From an uncultured Acidobacteriota bacterium (lineage in GTDB: Bacteria; Acidobacteriota; Vicinamibacteria; Fen-336), in NCBI GenBank assembly GCA_963720545.1, contig OY970399.1, positions 4,025,373 to 4,089,372 of the forward strand: a stretch of 64,000 bases of DNA, read 5' to 3'. Positions 61,141 through 64,000 of the stretch are shown in pieces. The position numbers were made by a program, and so were the translations under genes. The notes beneath the pieces are model-generated. The model was not told where the DNA came from. It searched no databases and saw only the letters and a program-made list of their open reading frames with translations. Each line of letters begins with the position of its first letter. The first letter of the stretch is position 1.

Positions 61141-61338
61141 ATGGATGGATTGACAGGCGCACGCGTGAAGCTCCTTGTTGATGTCCCCGGCTTCAAAGCT
61201 GGTGAATTCGGCGTGGTCAGACGGGTTCTGACCTTCCCGGGCAAGGAGCTGCCAGAGGATCCCATCTCGTTGGAGCTTGGTGGCACCACCGTGCCCGCCT
61301 TCCGTCGAGACGTCGAAGTGGTGGAAGACAGCGAATAG
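61141..61338 (+). CDS. Small SH3-like hypothetical protein, paralog B (65 aa)
   Basis: Shares LLVDVPG and VVRRVLTFPGKELPEDP with paralog A. Confidence 0.8.
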   Translation: MDGLTGARVKLLVDVPGFKAGEFGVVRRVLTFPGKELPEDPISLELGGTTVPAFRRDVEVVEDSE

Positions 61339-61611
61339 CTAGTCGGGATCGCCCTGACCCTCGTCAGACGGGTTCGGCTTTGCTGCGGTTTGAGCGCGAT
61401 TAGATAGCCGCGTCGTGGCCGACTGATCCGCGAGCGGGCGTATCTCAGACCCATACGTCGCTACAAACTTTCCGTGGCACTCCACCACGACAAGTTCCTG
61501 TCCGTCTTCGAGGTCTCTGACGCTGAAGACCGTACCCCAATCGCCGCGAGCAGCAGGCGGTACATCATGGAGAAATTCGACTCGAGTTCCAATAAGAGGA
61601 TTGGGTTTCAT
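61339..61611 (-). CDS. Small SH3-like hypothetical protein, paralog D (90 aa)
   Basis: LIGTRVEFLHDVP..GDWGTV..VVVECHG..EIRPL aligns with A, B and C. Confidence 0.65.
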   Translation of the reverse strand: MKPNPLIGTRVEFLHDVPPAARGDWGTVFSVRDLEDGQELVVVECHGKFVATYGSEIRPLADQSATTRLSNRAQTAAKPNPSDEGQGDPD

Positions 61612-61821
61612 CGAACCGGACTCGGATTGGTTGGACCAAGCGACGGGCCGGAGCGGGGGCTTCGTGCTCAGGACACTTGACCCGGCTGTCCCGACCCGTC
61701 TGGCGCAAATATAGGCCACGCGAGCCCAACCGTATAGGGGGTTTCCCTTACCTATTAAGGCGTTGTTAAAGAGGGCTCAGGATGACCGAGTGCCGCGACC
61801 CGGTCGCGAAAAGAGGACCTC

Positions 61822-62022
61822 TTAATCGAGCGCAGCCGCGCCTATTTCGTTCCGAAAGGCCACGAGTCGTTCGCCCCCGTGATCCAAGACGACAACGTCT
61901 TCGGGTCGTTCTCCATGCTGGAACGTCAGCACCGTGACAACCGTGCAGACGCTGCCTTTCCTGGCAAACGTCAAATCGGCTAACAGTGTCACCATCGTTC
62001 CGGCCAGCAGCTGTAACGTCAT
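61822..62022 (-). CDS. Small SH3-like hypothetical protein, paralog C (66 aa)
   Basis: LAGTMVTLLAD..GSVCTV..VLTF..ERPED..LDHGG..AFR aligns ungapped with A; GAGG SD. Confidence 0.75.
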   Translation of the reverse strand: MTLQLLAGTMVTLLADLTFARKGSVCTVVTVLTFQHGERPEDVVVLDHGGERLVAFRNEIGAAALD

Positions 62023-62413
62023 TGAGTTCCCTCATCGGCGGTGCCTCAGATGAGGCCCCCAGCCGGACGTTGCGGGGGAAGCTCAGGAAAAGCGCGGCAT
62101 GTCCACCGTATAGGTAGGCATCGCCGATTGATATAGCGAACTAAAGGAGGCTCCTGACCAGTAGGTCAGGGAGGGGCTTCAGGCAGCGCGATTAGACGCG
62201 TAAGAATCGATTGGCAGCGCCCCAGAGGGTGACGGTGGTAGACGATTCGGTGCTGCCAGGAGACTGCGACCGAAGCCGTGAGCGCCACCCTCCAGGAGCA
62301 GGCGCAGTCTCTTCCACGGGCCGCCTTGTTTTTGTGCGACCCACCACCAGCGCAGTGTGAACGTTGTGTTGCTCACACCGCGTACCTGCGGCGAAGTACA
62401 GGATGCCAACTTC

Positions 62414-62647
62414 ATGGGCATCGCTCCTAACACGGCAATGACGGTTATCCGAGCGCCGGCCGACCTGTGCCATCTGGTTGGAAAGCAAGTAGTGGTCTGG
62501 CCCAATCGCACCCGCAATTTGCCGACGGATGTTGTAACGGTGGTTGCCGACGACGAAATGGGAAACCGTCGTCTCTACAAGATGCATGCTGCCGATCTTG
62601 CACCCATCCGGAGCAATGTCGCTTGCCCCCTGAGGATCGTTCCTTAG
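62414..62647 (+). CDS. Small hypothetical protein, possible remote paralog E
   Basis: LPTDVVTV resembles RPEDVVVL and LPEDP; ADLAPI resembles RDVEPL. Confidence 0.4.
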   Translation: MGIAPNTAMTVIRAPADLCHLVGKQVVVWPNRTRNLPTDVVTVVADDEMGNRRLYKMHAADLAPIRSNVACPLRIVP

Positions 62648-62648
62648 C

Positions 62649-63764
62649 TCAGAAGAGTTTCGAATCTAGGGGTGCGACGACGGCTTCCAACGATGCCAAA
62701 GGCAAGTCCACGGTAAATAGGCATCCGCTTCCGGGCATATCGCGGACATGTACTTGGCCGTTATTGGCTTCAATAGCGCGCCGGCAATAAGTAAGCCCGA
62801 GCCCGATGCCGGTTCTGTCCATACCGCGCTGCTCAAATGCAGAAAACAACGTGTCCGTGTTTCCAAGCGGAAGCCCACCGCACTCGTCTTGGATCTCGAT
62901 CAGGACGCGGTCATTGGACGCGACGGCGCGGATCGTGACCTTGGTTCCAGGCAGCGTGAACTTCAGGGCGTTCTGAATGAGATTCATGAGCACCGAGGAA
63001 ATCACCTGCGGATCGATTTCGATCGCCAGGTCATTCTGTATCGGTCCTGCAATGAGCCTAATGCGCGATGCGTGAGCTATCAGCGCGGCCGACGGCATGA
63101 GTTCATTGAATAGTTCAGCGATTGGCACTATTCGGCGGTTCAAATTGCCCTTGGTCAGGCTGATTGCGAGAAGTGAGTGCGCCACCAAGTCACTTGCTCC
63201 CAGCAGACTCCGCTTCAGCACCGCGCCCGTGTGTCCGTTCACGCCGACCCCGCCAGATTCGACGGCTTCAAATGCGAGGAAAGCCGTATTGAGGAGGTTG
63301 CGTAATTCGTGAGCCATAAAGCCCAAGCGTTCTTGCTCCTTCAAAGCTTGGCTGTCGATTGTCGCTTGGTTGAGTTCGCGACCAAATTGCGTGAGCGCGC
63401 CAGCAATGGCCGTGTCCAGGCACTGATTCAGAAGCCGGAAGTCTTCGGGGGATACCGGCGCTCTGGTTTCAATCGCCAGCTCCGCAATTGACTGACAGAC
63501 ATCCCCATAGTCGTGCACGACCTGGGAGACGGTAAATCCCTGAAGGCGCAGATCGTGCCCATGCAAACCCGCGCTTTGACCAATCGCTGCCGGCATGGAG
63601 CCGTCGCGAAAAGCGTCCGCTAACTGATCCAAAAACAGCGGGACTCCATGGTCGATTTCCGCGACAGTAGGGGACGGAACGGACCGAGTAAGTACCTTGG
63701 AACGGCATCGCCTTATGATTTCTGCCCGGTGAAGGCCGATAAATTCATAAAGCATTTTGGCCAA
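62649..63764 (-). CDS. Cytoplasmic sensor histidine kinase with helical RsbRD_N-like input domain
   Basis: HELRN H-box, NALKFT N-box, DECGG, GIGLGL; VVHDYGDVCQ. Confidence 0.9.
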   Translation of the reverse strand: MAKMLYEFIGLHRAEIIRRCRSKVLTRSVPSPTVAEIDHGVPLFLDQLADAFRDGSMPAAIGQSAGLHGHDLRLQGFTVSQVVHDYGDVCQSIAELAIETRAPVSPEDFRLLNQCLDTAIAGALTQFGRELNQATIDSQALKEQERLGFMAHELRNLLNTAFLAFEAVESGGVGVNGHTGAVLKRSLLGASDLVAHSLLAISLTKGNLNRRIVPIAELFNELMPSAALIAHASRIRLIAGPIQNDLAIEIDPQVISSVLMNLIQNALKFTLPGTKVTIRAVASNDRVLIEIQDECGGLPLGNTDTLFSAFEQRGMDRTGIGLGLTYCRRAIEANNGQVHVRDMPGSGCLFTVDLPLASLEAVVAPLDSKLF

Positions 63765-63957
63765 CTTCTAAGCGGACCTACGAGAGCCGCAACTCAGACA
63801 TCAGGCTCCGCACTGGTGGGCAACATGTGTGCGGTGAGCAGAGGGGCCGACCGACTAGTGAGGTGCGACGAAAGCGTAGCACAGCAACAAAGCCACGGTA
63901 CGGCGACAGTTCTGGAACATCGTGGCGCGGAACTGGCGCTACGTCGCGATAAGTCAC

Positions 63958-64000
63958 TAGGCCGTGTGGGGATCGAACCCACGACTCCCTGCTTAAAAGG
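63958..64000 (-). tRNA. tRNA-Lys (TTT), 3' portion only; 5' part lies beyond the window
   Basis: Minus strand reads CTTTTAA anticodon loop, GCAGG, GTGGG-TTCGATC-CCCAC T-arm, ACGGCCT-A; no encoded CCA. Confidence 0.85.

Larger units (their letters stand above)
59288..63957. mobile_element. Putative degenerate genomic island downstream of tRNA-Lys
   Basis: Visibly lower GC, atypical codons, short orphan ORFs, abuts the tRNA 3' end; no integrase seen. Confidence 0.55.

Noticed and set aside
62151..62173. CCTGACC-AGTA-GGTCAGG hairpin as an intrinsic terminator
   Set aside because: The stem is real but there is no clear U-tract and no confident gene ending just before it
62179..62587. Minus-strand ORFs of 112 aa and 131 aa
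   Set aside because: No motifs, and they overlap the more plausible plus-strand ORF at 62414-62647
63814..63821. TGGTGGGC (GCCCACCA on the minus strand) as a displaced tRNA CCA end
   Set aside because: No adjoining T-arm similarity; too short to support

Overview
High-GC bacterial chromosome segment. Gene content (MglA-like GTPase, Oar-type TonB receptor, DUF2911, TPR-AMIN amidase) suggests Acidobacteriota or a similar lineage, but this is inference. Positions 1-47 kb are mostly core genes: nnrD, tsaE, guaB, secA, an M23 peptidase, comM, an MltD-like transglycosylase, an amidase, ftsK, rsmA, glgA, hutU, hutH and purA. Within them (18.9-29.9 kb) lies an apparent lipid-body or storage-granule locus with no PHA synthase. 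It encodes three ArsA/Get3-type ATPases, a small protein ending in an IXI-like motif, a fatty-acyl reductase, an SDR, an acyltransferase, a patatin, a phasin and a PhaR-like regulator. From about 47 kb the genes are accessory. The last ~4.7 kb is a visibly lower-GC island next to a partial tRNA-Lys(TTT). The island and its flank carry four or five paralogous small proteins (65-90 aa) that look like SH3-type barrels, three of which share a promoter motif. Many genes have a TANNNT -10 box 6-10 nt before the start codon, suggesting leaderless transcription. No CRISPR array, rRNA, integrase or transposase was seen. All product calls come from motif recognition, not database searches.
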